From IMG/VR virus record IMGVR_UViG_3300013383_000025, positions 1 to 64,000 of that record: DNA of 64,000 nucleotides; one strand, given 5' to 3'. The stretch is from a virus (Duplodnaviria > Caudoviricetes). Shown here in pieces: positions 1 to 8,369 of the stretch. Under the pieces are notes generated by a model. That model had not been told where the DNA came from, ran no database searches, and worked only from the letters and a program-made list of their open reading frames with translations. How positions within the stretch are numbered: position 1 is the stretch's first letter; every line of letters begins with the position of its first letter. The position numbers and the translations under genes were made by a program.

Positions 1-18
1 ACGCGTCACTGCTGCGAT

Positions 19-88
19 ATGATATACCAGAACGCTGCAAAAGTCAATAGTACATTTTGCACAAATTACAAGCGTTTGAATTGTATAA
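19..88 (-). promoter_or_regulatory. sigmaA-like promoter with upstream TTGCACAA-N16-TTGTATAA operator
   Basis: Minus strand TTGACT-17-TATCAT; inverted repeat at 57-88. Confidence 0.55.
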
Positions 89-110
89 AATGATGAACGG
101 TAGATCGGTA

Positions 111-148
111 TAAAAAACCCGGTCAGCTATGACGGCCGGCCGGGAAAA
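111..148 (-). terminator. Intrinsic terminator after 152..352
   Basis: CCCGG(T/C)C...G(G/A)CCGGG stem followed by a T run on the minus strand. Confidence 0.6.
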
Positions 149-151
149 TGT

Positions 152-352
152 TTACCAAATATAATTATTCTTTTTGTCGATAGTGGCCATCCGCAAATCA
201 CGCCGTGCAATGTTTCCAACTACTTTACCATCGCAAATAAAATCGCCGCTTGTAATGTCAATATCATTGTAATAGATGCGATGGCTTTTTGTCGTGCTGT
301 TTTCGTCGAACATCCAGCTTGTCAAGTAACCGGGCTTTCTCATATCTTTCAT
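152..352 (-). CDS. Small hypothetical early protein
   Basis: 66-aa ORF with AAAGGAG RBS, its own upstream promoter and a downstream hairpin terminator. Confidence 0.75.
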   Translation of the reverse strand: MKDMRKPGYLTSWMFDENSTTKSHRIYYNDIDITSGDFICDGKVVGNIARRDLRMATIDKKNNYIW

Positions 353-401
353 TGTAATTATCTCCTTTTCAAAATGTTTTCGTGTTTTATTTGATGGCTA
401 T

Positions 402-470
402 ATCATAGCAAATAATGCCGTACTTGTCTATTGCCATTTTGCACAAATATCATATTTCTGTTTTGTGCAA
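402..470 (-). promoter_or_regulatory. sigmaA-like promoter with upstream TTGCACAA-N16-TTGTGCAA operator
   Basis: Minus strand TAGACA-17-TATGAT with extended -10 TG; perfect inverted repeat at 439-446/463-470. Confidence 0.6.
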
Positions 471-1533
471 TTTTTATGTCGGTTATATAGCCGATCTAAA
501 CAAAAAAGCGTCAATGGCCTTGTGAGGCTGCCAGAGGCGTTTTAAGCGGTTTTTGAGCTGAGGCGTGTTTTTATATGCCTGATCTTTTTATTCCGTTATA
601 CAGTTTTTATACAGTTACAATATTCACTGTTTTATAGGTAAAGGCGGCCATTATACTATAAAAAAGTTAGAATGTGCGCCATTGACTATGATTATTGTAT
701 AGATATGCTATGTATATACTGTATTATTATACATATGAGAATGATTCTTATTATCAATCAGTATGTTTATATCGATATTGACTATACTAACTTTTTATCG
801 ATATATTGTATTGATAAAAATAGTGATATGATATACTTATTACAATAGTTACAATAGTATAACATCTAGTGCGGTATATTAGGTTATATTGCAGGATGTA
901 GTATATGTTTACTTTAAGTAAATATTTATTGACGTGGATATAATGATTATTTATATAGTGGTAATAGGTATTTGGTTTGAGTAAATAGGTGAATTGTGGC
1001 TACTAAAAAATGCGATCCGTGTAATATAACACGCGTTATATATCAAAATTTTGGACGTCGATTTTGATACCAGAATCTGGATTTTTGAGTTACCATTTGG
1101 CAACTTTGTTGGAAATACAACGAATGCAGGTAAAATAAGGCGATACGCCCGCAAAGTGCTATTTTCAGGTGTTTTTCAAGATGCCAGCATTTTCCAGGAC
1201 GGGGGCTAGGATATGGATGAAACTGGTAGAAATGAGAGAAAATGGTATGTAGCACTACAAACCACACACCTTGTAAAGCATGATAAAAAAATAAATCAAA
1301 CCACACACCTTATAACGATTGCTATTTTACTTAATCGGTAAATCCAATAATCTATGACATAATTTACAATCTATTAACAAATAGCCAATCAAAATATAGT
1401 ATAATTAGATAATGGGGCGGACTGGGACGTTCGCTGATACTAATATAGTGTTTCTATAAAAGCGTCACGCAAAGTCCCAGTGGAGGCCCATGAACGTCCC
1501 AACATTACAAAATTGTTACAGAAAGGAAACAAT

Positions 1534-2577
1534 ATGCCAAACAAATCAAAATATCTGCCGTCCAATGAAGATAACAAGCTAATTGACGCTCTAGTCGGTA
1601 TAGAAGGGCGCGAATTAAAATATTCAGAGTTATGTGCTGCAGTTGATATTCCACCAAAAAACGGAAATTCTCGCTCCTATCAACTTGATAAAATTCGCAA
1701 CTATTGCCAACTTGATATTGTGCCTAATTCATATCCGACCCGCTATATTGTCCAAGAGGTTTATCCAGAGGCTGATTCTCTTATCAATGAACTAGATAAA
1801 GATTCGTATCAGGCCGCATTTGAAGCCGCCCTTTACCAGATCTTCCTCAAGACTAACTGTGCCACCATTTATGCTTCGACCAGCAATCTGCTCAGGATGT
1901 TCCAAGAGGTCAATGATAATTTCAGTTATACCTACAGTCAAGCCGTCTCAGATTCAGAGCGTTATGGATACATGGGCATAGTCAATGGTATAGTATACAA
2001 TATCCTTGCTCAGTGGACTAGGCGCAAATTGCTGACTATGAAGAACCGTTACGTCATCGACCTAAATCGCGGTTACCGGCTCTATAAACTCAAAACCAAT
2101 AAAAACGGTGAGGAGTATATGGCCACCCATGACGTGCCTGAAGACAGCGTGGACCATCAGACGTGCCTATCCATTCATTCCAAGGCTGTTTCTGAGATTA
2201 TGCCGCCAAATTGGGGCAAGGTTGTTGATAACAAGGTATATAAGCCATATGTCAGCCAAGAGCTATATAATAAATTTGAGGCGCGACTTGGCGAACTGAC
2301 CAAAGAGGCGTTTGGCGGCAAATACGACCTTGTGAAAGAGGTATATGTCATTAAGCCAGCCACTAAAGAATGGATTGCCAACCGGCTCTTAGATGTCTAT
2401 GAGCATTATCCTAGCTTTGAAAAAATCAATAAAGAGGCTTGTGTTAAGATTATTCAGACCAGTCAGCTCAGTTGTATCACTGGCAAAGAGCGGCGCGAAT
2501 TTATTGATATTAACATGAATCCTGCGCAACCAGATAAACTCAAAGACCTGATTAAAAATGAGCGCAATAAGCAATAA
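1534..2577 (+). CDS. Hypothetical protein (~347 aa), possibly DNA-binding or replication related
   Basis: Long ORF; GAAAGGA RBS before ATG 1534; no recognisable catalytic motif. Confidence 0.8.
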   Translation: MPNKSKYLPSNEDNKLIDALVGIEGRELKYSELCAAVDIPPKNGNSRSYQLDKIRNYCQLDIVPNSYPTRYIVQEVYPEADSLINELDKDSYQAAFEAALYQIFLKTNCATIYASTSNLLRMFQEVNDNFSYTYSQAVSDSERYGYMGIVNGIVYNILAQWTRRKLLTMKNRYVIDLNRGYRLYKLKTNKNGEEYMATHDVPEDSVDHQTCLSIHSKAVSEIMPPNWGKVVDNKVYKPYVSQELYNKFEARLGELTKEAFGGKYDLVKEVYVIKPATKEWIANRLLDVYEHYPSFEKINKEACVKIIQTSQLSCITGKERREFIDINMNPAQPDKLKDLIKNERNKQ

Positions 2578-2630
2578 AAATCTGCCCCATTTCATTCCCT
2601 ACATATATAGGGTTTTGGGGCAGATTTTTT
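2576..2630. terminator. Bidirectional terminator between convergent genes
   Basis: AAAAATCTGCCCCA...TGGGGCAGATTTTT inverted repeat. Confidence 0.75.
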
Positions 2631-2633
2631 ATT

Positions 2634-2966
2634 TTATTTATAACGAGCCTTACTATATCCGTCTAAAATATCATGAATATCGTCATCATCATAATTAACG
2701 TATTTTGTATAATCAGACGGCATATATTCAGCTTTTGTCGTTGTGCTATCTACCGATGTCATACAACCACTGGTTACATATCGGTTACTTACACATTGCT
2801 TATGCTTACATCCTAGCGTCGTTTCTACACATTCAGGCCAATTTGCGCCCTCCTACATCTTTCTATATTCAATCTCGGCGCGCTTCACATCGTCGCTAAA
2901 TTTGCAGATGTGCCAATTTAAGCAACCATCACATACCGATGTAATAATTTTATCATTTACTAACAT
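2634..2966 (-). pseudogene. Cys-rich 110-codon gene interrupted by an in-frame TAG at codon 38
   Basis: Manual translation MLVNDKIITSVCDGCLNWHICK...RKM*EGANWPECVETTLGCKH...KARYK; it fills the gap between 2953 and the terminator. Confidence 0.6.
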
Positions 2967-3216
2967 ATAGCGTACCATCCTCGTTTAGTCTAGGAGTAAT
3001 TGCAGTTCCTCTTGGGCGTTGATACATATCTCCGCCAACAACAATATAATTCACGCCAGTAGTTTCATCTACGACAATACAAACATCGTACGATCCATTG
3101 CTATTTTCAGCCCAAATTTTAACCGGTCTGTTTTGTTCTGCATTTACCATAGTGACACTACAAGCACCAAGCAATACACAAAAAATCATGCTGATGATAA
3201 TTGCAATCCGTTTCAT
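2953..3216 (-). CDS. Putative lipoprotein
   Basis: Signal peptide with lipobox LLGAC; VVDETTGVNY...ITPRLNEDG motif typical of small phage lipoproteins. Confidence 0.7.
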   Translation of the reverse strand: MKRIAIIISMIFCVLLGACSVTMVNAEQNRPVKIWAENSNGSYDVCIVVDETTGVNYIVVGGDMYQRPRGTAITPRLNEDGTLYVSK

Positions 3217-3343
3217 TTATCTTTACTCTCCTTTCATTTCTCAATCACTTTCTTTACCTTCTCCTTACATTCATCAGGCACCCTATATCCATCAGCAAAG
3301 CCGCCCAGCTTTCGAATTAGCCATCGTTTGAATTTTGTCCACA

Positions 3344-3844
3344 TTAACACTTAACCTCAACTGTACAGATTGTATCATTACGACTCCCACCATGAGGTAC
3401 AAGCAAAATCCTTGTCATCTCAAAGCCGCGATTTTTTCCAAGCCCCATGCTGTTCCAACCAAAACAAATAATCTTACCGTTTAACTTTAGAATACGCGCA
3501 CATTCGTTCTTTGTATCGCTCCAAAAGTTTGTCCGGCCATCCCATTTCAACTCGCCACCAATACCATCATAGCATTCCTTAACCTGCCTTGGGGAATATG
3601 GCGGATCATATAGAATCCCGTCTACAGAGTCGTCATCAAACATTTTTAGAAAATCAAGCGCATCCATGTGATAGGTAGTCTGGCGCTTTGGATTTATGTC
3701 ATTTGTAACTTGAGCTGGCGACATTTCGCCAGCAAATGGATCAATCCATAAACCGTTGCCAATCTCTTCTTTTAGCAATTTAGCAATTGGCTTAATGCCG
3801 AATGTCCATTTGTTCGGCATTGCCCAGATTCTTTCAATCTTCAT
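3344..3844 (-). CDS. Small DNA adenine methyltransferase-like protein
   Basis: IDPFAG (SAM binding) and YDPPY (amino-MTase catalytic) motifs. Confidence 0.8.
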   Translation of the reverse strand: MKIERIWAMPNKWTFGIKPIAKLLKEEIGNGLWIDPFAGEMSPAQVTNDINPKRQTTYHMDALDFLKMFDDDSVDGILYDPPYSPRQVKECYDGIGGELKWDGRTNFWSDTKNECARILKLNGKIICFGWNSMGLGKNRGFEMTRILLVPHGGSRNDTICTVEVKC

Positions 3845-4148
3845 CTTCTAACCTCTCTGCATCACTACAGTAGTCCGTTTCTTTCTTTTCTTCCCATTGT
3901 AAGTCGGGGTCAAGATGATATTTGCAACTGCCATACTCGGGCTCAAATGGATATGGATGAAAATAGGCACAATCTTTACAATGGATAATCTCTGTAATAT
4001 TTGCAGCGGGTACGTCGACAACAGCATCCAGAAGCGGCCTTAAATCTTCTCGGATTGCGGCGGCATTGAAAATATTTGCATTTTCATACACACGAATCGC
4101 TTGTTCCCGTGCGGCCATCAGATCCTCGCGCCGGATATAATCAGCCAT
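3834..4148 (-). CDS. Hypothetical phage protein (CKDC Zn motif)
   Basis: YIRRE...HCKDC...DYCS family of small Clostridial phage proteins; overlaps neighbours. Confidence 0.75.
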   Translation of the reverse strand: MADYIRREDLMAAREQAIRVYENANIFNAAAIREDLRPLLDAVVDVPAANITEIIHCKDCAYFHPYPFEPEYGSCKYHLDPDLQWEEKKETDYCSDAERLEDED

Positions 4149-4398
4149 TATTTACCCTCCCATAATTACAATATCCATTTAGCTCAAGGTCATCAAGTCC
4201 AAACCTGTTAAAGCAATATGGTACATTTTCATCATTCACGCCAAAATAGATGCAATCCTTACATCTAACAACCGGTACAGCATCAACAACTGGCGCAGCA
4301 TTCAACCAATCCTCAATATCTTTTCTCGACTTAAAGCCGGTGCGATATAGGGTTTCTTTGATATATTCAGAATCTAGGTCAATCGGTTGCATTATCAA
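4141..4398 (-). CDS. Hypothetical phage protein (CKDC Zn motif)
   Basis: APVVDAVPVVRCKDC...YCNYG; paralog-like to 3834..4148. Confidence 0.75.
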   Translation of the reverse strand: MIMQPIDLDSEYIKETLYRTGFKSRKDIEDWLNAAPVVDAVPVVRCKDCIYFGVNDENVPYCFNRFGLDDLELNGYCNYGRVNNG

Positions 4399-4811
4399 TC
4401 AATCCTTTCTTCAGCAATTCCATCGGCCGTACTATAGCATACATTTTTAATACCCAGCTCTTTAATATATCGCATACAGGCTGGGCATGGTCGCGCCATT
4501 GCTTTATTGCCATTTGCATATTCTCTGTAAATATAAAGCGTGGTCTTATCAAAATCAATGTCCAGATATTTTACTTTACTCAATGCCCGTATCTCTGCAT
4601 GGAGCGAATTGACCACGCCACTCTGGTCTGGGTTGAAATCGCGCTCTGCATTGAGCCGCTTTTGCAATGGGCTTGTTTTGGTACTGTTGCAACCAGTAGC
4701 AAGCAATACACCCTTATAATACAACGCCGCTCCAAGATGATAGCGAGGAAAAGCAGATTCATAGCTAGCTCGACGCGCCGATTCAATGCCGCGCCTAGTT
4801 CTCTGGTTCAT
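4395..4811 (-). CDS. Cytidine/dCMP deaminase-family zinc protein
   Basis: HAE and PCPAC zinc-binding motifs, plus HLGAAL and GCN. Confidence 0.85.
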   Translation of the reverse strand: MNQRTRRGIESARRASYESAFPRYHLGAALYYKGVLLATGCNSTKTSPLQKRLNAERDFNPDQSGVVNSLHAEIRALSKVKYLDIDFDKTTLYIYREYANGNKAMARPCPACMRYIKELGIKNVCYSTADGIAEERID

Positions 4812-4977
4812 TGTATTCCTCTCTGAGCCATTGTTCCCAACAAATATCACAGGTTACATCATCAATTAAATGTGAACAATTGGGATATCCACCAGTGCTG
4901 GGTGGACATTTACTATTTATATAATCCAACCTATTATCTTCCGAGTAATTCAACTCAAACCATTCACGATTAGTCAT
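4795..4977 (-). CDS. Hypothetical protein
   Basis: MTNREW...CP...C..CW..WL..E pattern; translationally coupled to neighbours. Confidence 0.7.
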   Translation of the reverse strand: MTNREWFELNYSEDNRLDYINSKCPPSTGGYPNCSHLIDDVTCDICWEQWLREEYNEPEN

Positions 4978-5147
4978 TCTGTAACCTCGTAGTCTTTACT
5001 CAAATACCTATGACATTTACAGATGATTTCAATGGCTCTGTCCGATGGAAAGCAGTCAACGATATGATAACCAAACCTCTCAATGTCATCTGCTTCGGCT
5101 TTCTTAAATGCTTCAACCGCATCCTCAAGTTTGATATATACACTCAT
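4974..5147 (-). CDS. Hypothetical protein (57 aa, below ORF-track cutoff)
   Basis: Manual translation MSVYIKLEDAVEAFKK...; ATGA overlaps at both ends. Confidence 0.7.
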   Translation of the reverse strand: MSVYIKLEDAVEAFKKAEADDIERFGYHIVDCFPSDRAIEIICKCHRYLSKDYEVTE

Positions 5148-5392
5148 TCTGCAACCTCGCTCATTTCAGCACCACAATACGAACAGTAACGACCATTGCT
5201 AGACTCTGCATTGCCACATTTGCTACAAATGAACACACCATCGTCACCAAAAAACCAATGTGCCGTTACAATTTTTTTAACATTGGCTCTAGGCATACCC
5301 ATGATGATATTGTTCACATAAGCGTCATAACTGTTTGACGCGAATTTCTGCAAATTATCAATCAGTGCATCACGATCAATACAATCAGCCAT
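5144..5392 (-). CDS. Zinc-ribbon hypothetical protein
   Basis: CSKCG...YCSYCGAEM. Confidence 0.8.
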   Translation of the reverse strand: MADCIDRDALIDNLQKFASNSYDAYVNNIIMGMPRANVKKIVTAHWFFGDDGVFICSKCGNAESSNGRYCSYCGAEMSEVAE

Positions 5393-5904
5393 TATTCATC
5401 TACCTCATATCCAAATTCAATCAGCGTCATAATTGCATAATTAGCCATGTCAAGTAGCGTATCCTCAATCTTTTCATCTTTTACCTGGGCATCATGTGCC
5501 ACAGCAAGTGACATAAGTCGGTTCATTTTATCGCTCAGGCGAGTCACTGCGCTGATAATGCCGAGCTTTTTGAACGTATCACCAAATGAATCACCGTAGT
5601 CATGATTCTTTGCCTTGTAGACTGCATTTAGCTTCTGACAGATTGCATAGTGTTGAGCAACCTTTGAGTCGATATGTGGCTTGGGGTCATCTGGTTCTGT
5701 GTCACAACTTTTGATTCCTGTGTTTTTACGAATGCGCGGCGACGCCATTTTAAGCCGTTCGTATAATTCATCAATCTTCGCGTCATTCATTTCTCTAAAG
5801 TCGCATCCATACATCTCAGACGTATCAAAAGGACATCCTTCGCAAGTGTCATTTTGTTCAACGCAGCGTTTTTCAATAGCCTCAATTTTTTCTTCTCTAG
5901 TCAT
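5392..5904 (-). CDS. DUF1599 / nucleotide-modification-associated domain protein
   Basis: KNHDYGDSF...RLSDKMNRL...DTLLDMANYAIM. Confidence 0.85.
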   Translation of the reverse strand: MTREEKIEAIEKRCVEQNDTCEGCPFDTSEMYGCDFREMNDAKIDELYERLKMASPRIRKNTGIKSCDTEPDDPKPHIDSKVAQHYAICQKLNAVYKAKNHDYGDSFGDTFKKLGIISAVTRLSDKMNRLMSLAVAHDAQVKDEKIEDTLLDMANYAIMTLIEFGYEVDE

Positions 5905-5919
5905 ATTATTCGTCCTCCA

Positions 5920-6136
5920 TCAATCATTTGCAATAATATTATCAAATGCCTCATAGTCAATCCACTCATCATTAACTTTAGTAGATTGCGGTATTGAATG
6001 GACGATATTCAATATCGTCTTTTTCTTCATATCGCCAACCACAATTTCTACAAACCCAAACATCAATAGGCGGCAATGTGCAAACGCAGGTATGATAAAT
6101 ATTACCACCACGTTTGGGGCAAGTATAAATAATCAT
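5920..6136 (-). pseudogene. Zinc-ribbon gene, apparently degraded (CPKC>CPKR, probable frameshift near 5990)
   Basis: MIIYTCPKRGG...CRNCGW stops at 5978; another frame continues to 5920, next to the next gene's RBS. Confidence 0.5.
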
Positions 6137-6301
6137 TTATTTATCCTCCTCAAGTGGAATAAAATGTTTTGCACTAATATACTTCCACTGATTGTCGATA
6201 TAGATAAGAAAATGTGGATAGCCGTTTTTATCATCCCTGATGTTATAAACGGTATAAAAATTGGCTTTGCAAGTGATGCTATTATTAAACCGTACCTGCA
6301 T
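6137..6301 (-). CDS. Hypothetical protein
   Basis: GAGGAGG RBS; YTVYNIRDDKNGYPHFLIY. Confidence 0.7.
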   Translation of the reverse strand: MQVRFNNSITCKANFYTVYNIRDDKNGYPHFLIYIDNQWKYISAKHFIPLEEDK

Positions 6302-7457
6302 ATTCATCCTCCTCGTCATCACAATTTTCATCTACGAAATGAACATCAACATTAAAAATTTCTCTCAGCACTTCAATAGCCTCTTTTGGCTCAATGCGGA
6401 AAAATTCTCTATCAGGATTAACACGCTCTTTGTCAAAATATTTGTGCATCTGAGATTCAAGCTCAAAACAATCATCACTAAACACAAAGCAATGAGCTAC
6501 AAATGGCGACGGGAGCGAGGAACTCGATAATTCCTTCACGCGCACCATTGGTACTAACCTCCGTGTGCAACCGATTTTGGTCAATCCGGGCAAGCTGGGT
6601 GAGCTAATAACATATAGCCAACCAGCTTTACTATGTGCTTCACGATATGCAATAGAATCAAGTCGCTTATCAATACTAGCAAGCTGAGCCTTAATCTCAT
6701 TGCGCTCATCATCTGTTAATGCCTTGCTAAATGCAATATTCATTGCTTTCTTTTCTTCAATCAGCTTGGCGCGTTCTCTAGCAATATCAGCCAACAACTG
6801 TTCTTGTTCTCTAAGCCGCCGCTTTTCTTCTCTAATTTTAGCTGCTTCTTCCTTCTTTTTGACTTTTATGGCCAAGTTGATATCAAACATATCAAGTCGC
6901 GCCTTGACGTATTCGGCATTAAGCGCCAAGCCGACCTTGCCAGCTTTAGACTGATAAGAATTAAACTTATTCTTAATCAATTCTTTGCTTTTAGTAATAT
7001 TGCCCGTTGTTAGCGATTTTTCTTTGCTGTCAATGTATGCGTTACAACTGTAAACCAGTCCTCTGCCATAGACATCTTGCATTTCCTTGCCACGCCTAGC
7101 AGAATCGTTAAGCGTATATCCTTGCTCAATGCGATACAAACCGGTATTTACAGCCGATTCGATTTTGCTCTGTAATTCATAGCGTTTATGCTCAAGTTCA
7201 TCAAGCGAATCCTGATAATATGGGATGTTATAATCCTGCATTTCTTCGATAGCGTGAATTTTGTTTTCAAGAATATCTAAGTTGTTCTGTTCTTGAAGCG
7301 CGGCAGATTGTGCTTTCTTTTCTTCTTTGTGCAACATATCGATGTTGAGCTGTGTGCAAGAAATATTCTCTTGTTGCTCTGCAATAATTGATTCTAATTT
7401 GGAAATCTGCCCTTCAAGCTCTTTCTTCTTCTTATTCAGCTTGAAAATCTCGAACAT
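6285..7457 (-). CDS. DUF4041 coiled-coil + T5orf172/GIY-YIG-like domain protein
   Basis: AGWLYVISS...KIGCTRR...RVKELS...LESQMH..F...RVNPDREFF; N-terminal coiled coil. Confidence 0.85.
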   Translation of the reverse strand: MFEIFKLNKKKKELEGQISKLESIIAEQQENISCTQLNIDMLHKEEKKAQSAALQEQNNLDILENKIHAIEEMQDYNIPYYQDSLDELEHKRYELQSKIESAVNTGLYRIEQGYTLNDSARRGKEMQDVYGRGLVYSCNAYIDSKEKSLTTGNITKSKELIKNKFNSYQSKAGKVGLALNAEYVKARLDMFDINLAIKVKKKEEAAKIREEKRRLREQEQLLADIARERAKLIEEKKAMNIAFSKALTDDERNEIKAQLASIDKRLDSIAYREAHSKAGWLYVISSPSLPGLTKIGCTRRLVPMVRVKELSSSSLPSPFVAHCFVFSDDCFELESQMHKYFDKERVNPDREFFRIEPKEAIEVLREIFNVDVHFVDENCDDEEDEYAGTV

Positions 7458-7644
7458 TCTTAGCCGCCTCCTTACCAAAAATTTTGTCAATATATTTATC
7501 AAAATCCAGTGGATTATTGCTCTTTGCTAGAATCTGCTTAGTGTTGGTATTATATAACTCAAATTGCCCATTGCCGCAATCGTTGATTATCCAGTCTGTA
7601 TTGCCATATTGTACTACGGCGTTAATTTTCTTTGTTCTTGGCAT
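7432..7644 (-). CDS. Hypothetical protein
   Basis: Coupled ORF in the leftward operon. Confidence 0.65.
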   Translation of the reverse strand: MPRTKKINAVVQYGNTDWIINDCGNGQFELYNTNTKQILAKSNNPLDFDKYIDKIFGKEAAKNVRDFQAE

Positions 7645-7835
7645 TACAAGTACCCATTATTTTTCTTTTTTGCTTCAATATTTCGCAGAACTTCTTGTAT
7701 ATCAAAAGCATCAATATGGCAATTCCAGCTATCCGCGCCAAATTCTCTAAATATGCAATTTTGACATCTGGGCTGTTGTTTGCAAAACTCAACAATCTCT
7801 TTTGCGGCATTTAATGCCTTGTCGTATTTTTTCAT
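7644..7835 (-). CDS. Hypothetical Cys-containing protein
   Basis: First gene after the leftward promoter; GAGGTG RBS. Confidence 0.7.
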   Translation of the reverse strand: MKKYDKALNAAKEIVEFCKQQPRCQNCIFREFGADSWNCHIDAFDIQEVLRNIEAKKKNNGYL

Positions 7836-7855
7836 TTATTTCACCTCATGGCTCG

Positions 7856-8032
7856 ATTATGCCACAAATTGTGCTGCTTGTCAAGAACAATTTCATTTAC
7901 AATTCGTTTACAATTTGACGGTTTTCCCCCTACAACCCCTTTTCTATAAAAAATAATTATCATTACAGTATATACTGTTAATACTTATATATTACTATAC
8001 TAGATTATATCATAGAAGCAATAGAATGTCAA
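7856..8032 (-). promoter_or_regulatory. Two tandem leftward sigmaA promoters
   Basis: TTGACA-17-CATAAT (7884-7856) and TTGACA-17-TATAAT (8032-8004). Confidence 0.85.
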
Positions 8033-8055
8033 GAGGAAAATTTTTATTTTTGCTA

Positions 8056-8196
8056 TTGACAAATAGAAAAATTTGTGATATAATATAGTAAATAATTAAA
8101 TACGTTAGTATTTAATTATACCTTATAGGGGGTTATAGGGGGATAAATTTTAGACCGAAATTATTACTTGACAAATATCAAGTTATATGATATAAT
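8056..8196 (+). promoter_or_regulatory. Two tandem rightward consensus sigmaA promoters upstream of the RNAP gene
   Basis: TTGACA-17-TATAAT at 8056-8084 and 8168-8196, both with extended -10 TG. Confidence 0.9.
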
Positions 8197-8225
8197 GGCA
8201 TTAAGCTCAAGGAGGTGGTAATAAT

Positions 8226-8369
8226 TTGTGGAGTGAAATGAGCTACAACTGGTATCGTTACACCGATACTGAGCCAGAGGTGTGGGATGATGAATATGAG
8301 CCAACTGAGCGCGATTGGGCGCTTTGGATATATGGAAGTTCAGAAAATGAATTAGAGGTGATTTGCTAA
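8226..8369 (+). CDS. 47-aa acidic Trp-rich protein
   Basis: AGGAGGTG RBS, TTG start; MWSEMSYNWYRYTDTEPEVWDDEYEPTERDWALWIYGSSENELEVIC; stop abuts the RNAP start. Confidence 0.7.
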   Translation: MWSEMSYNWYRYTDTEPEVWDDEYEPTERDWALWIYGSSENELEVIC

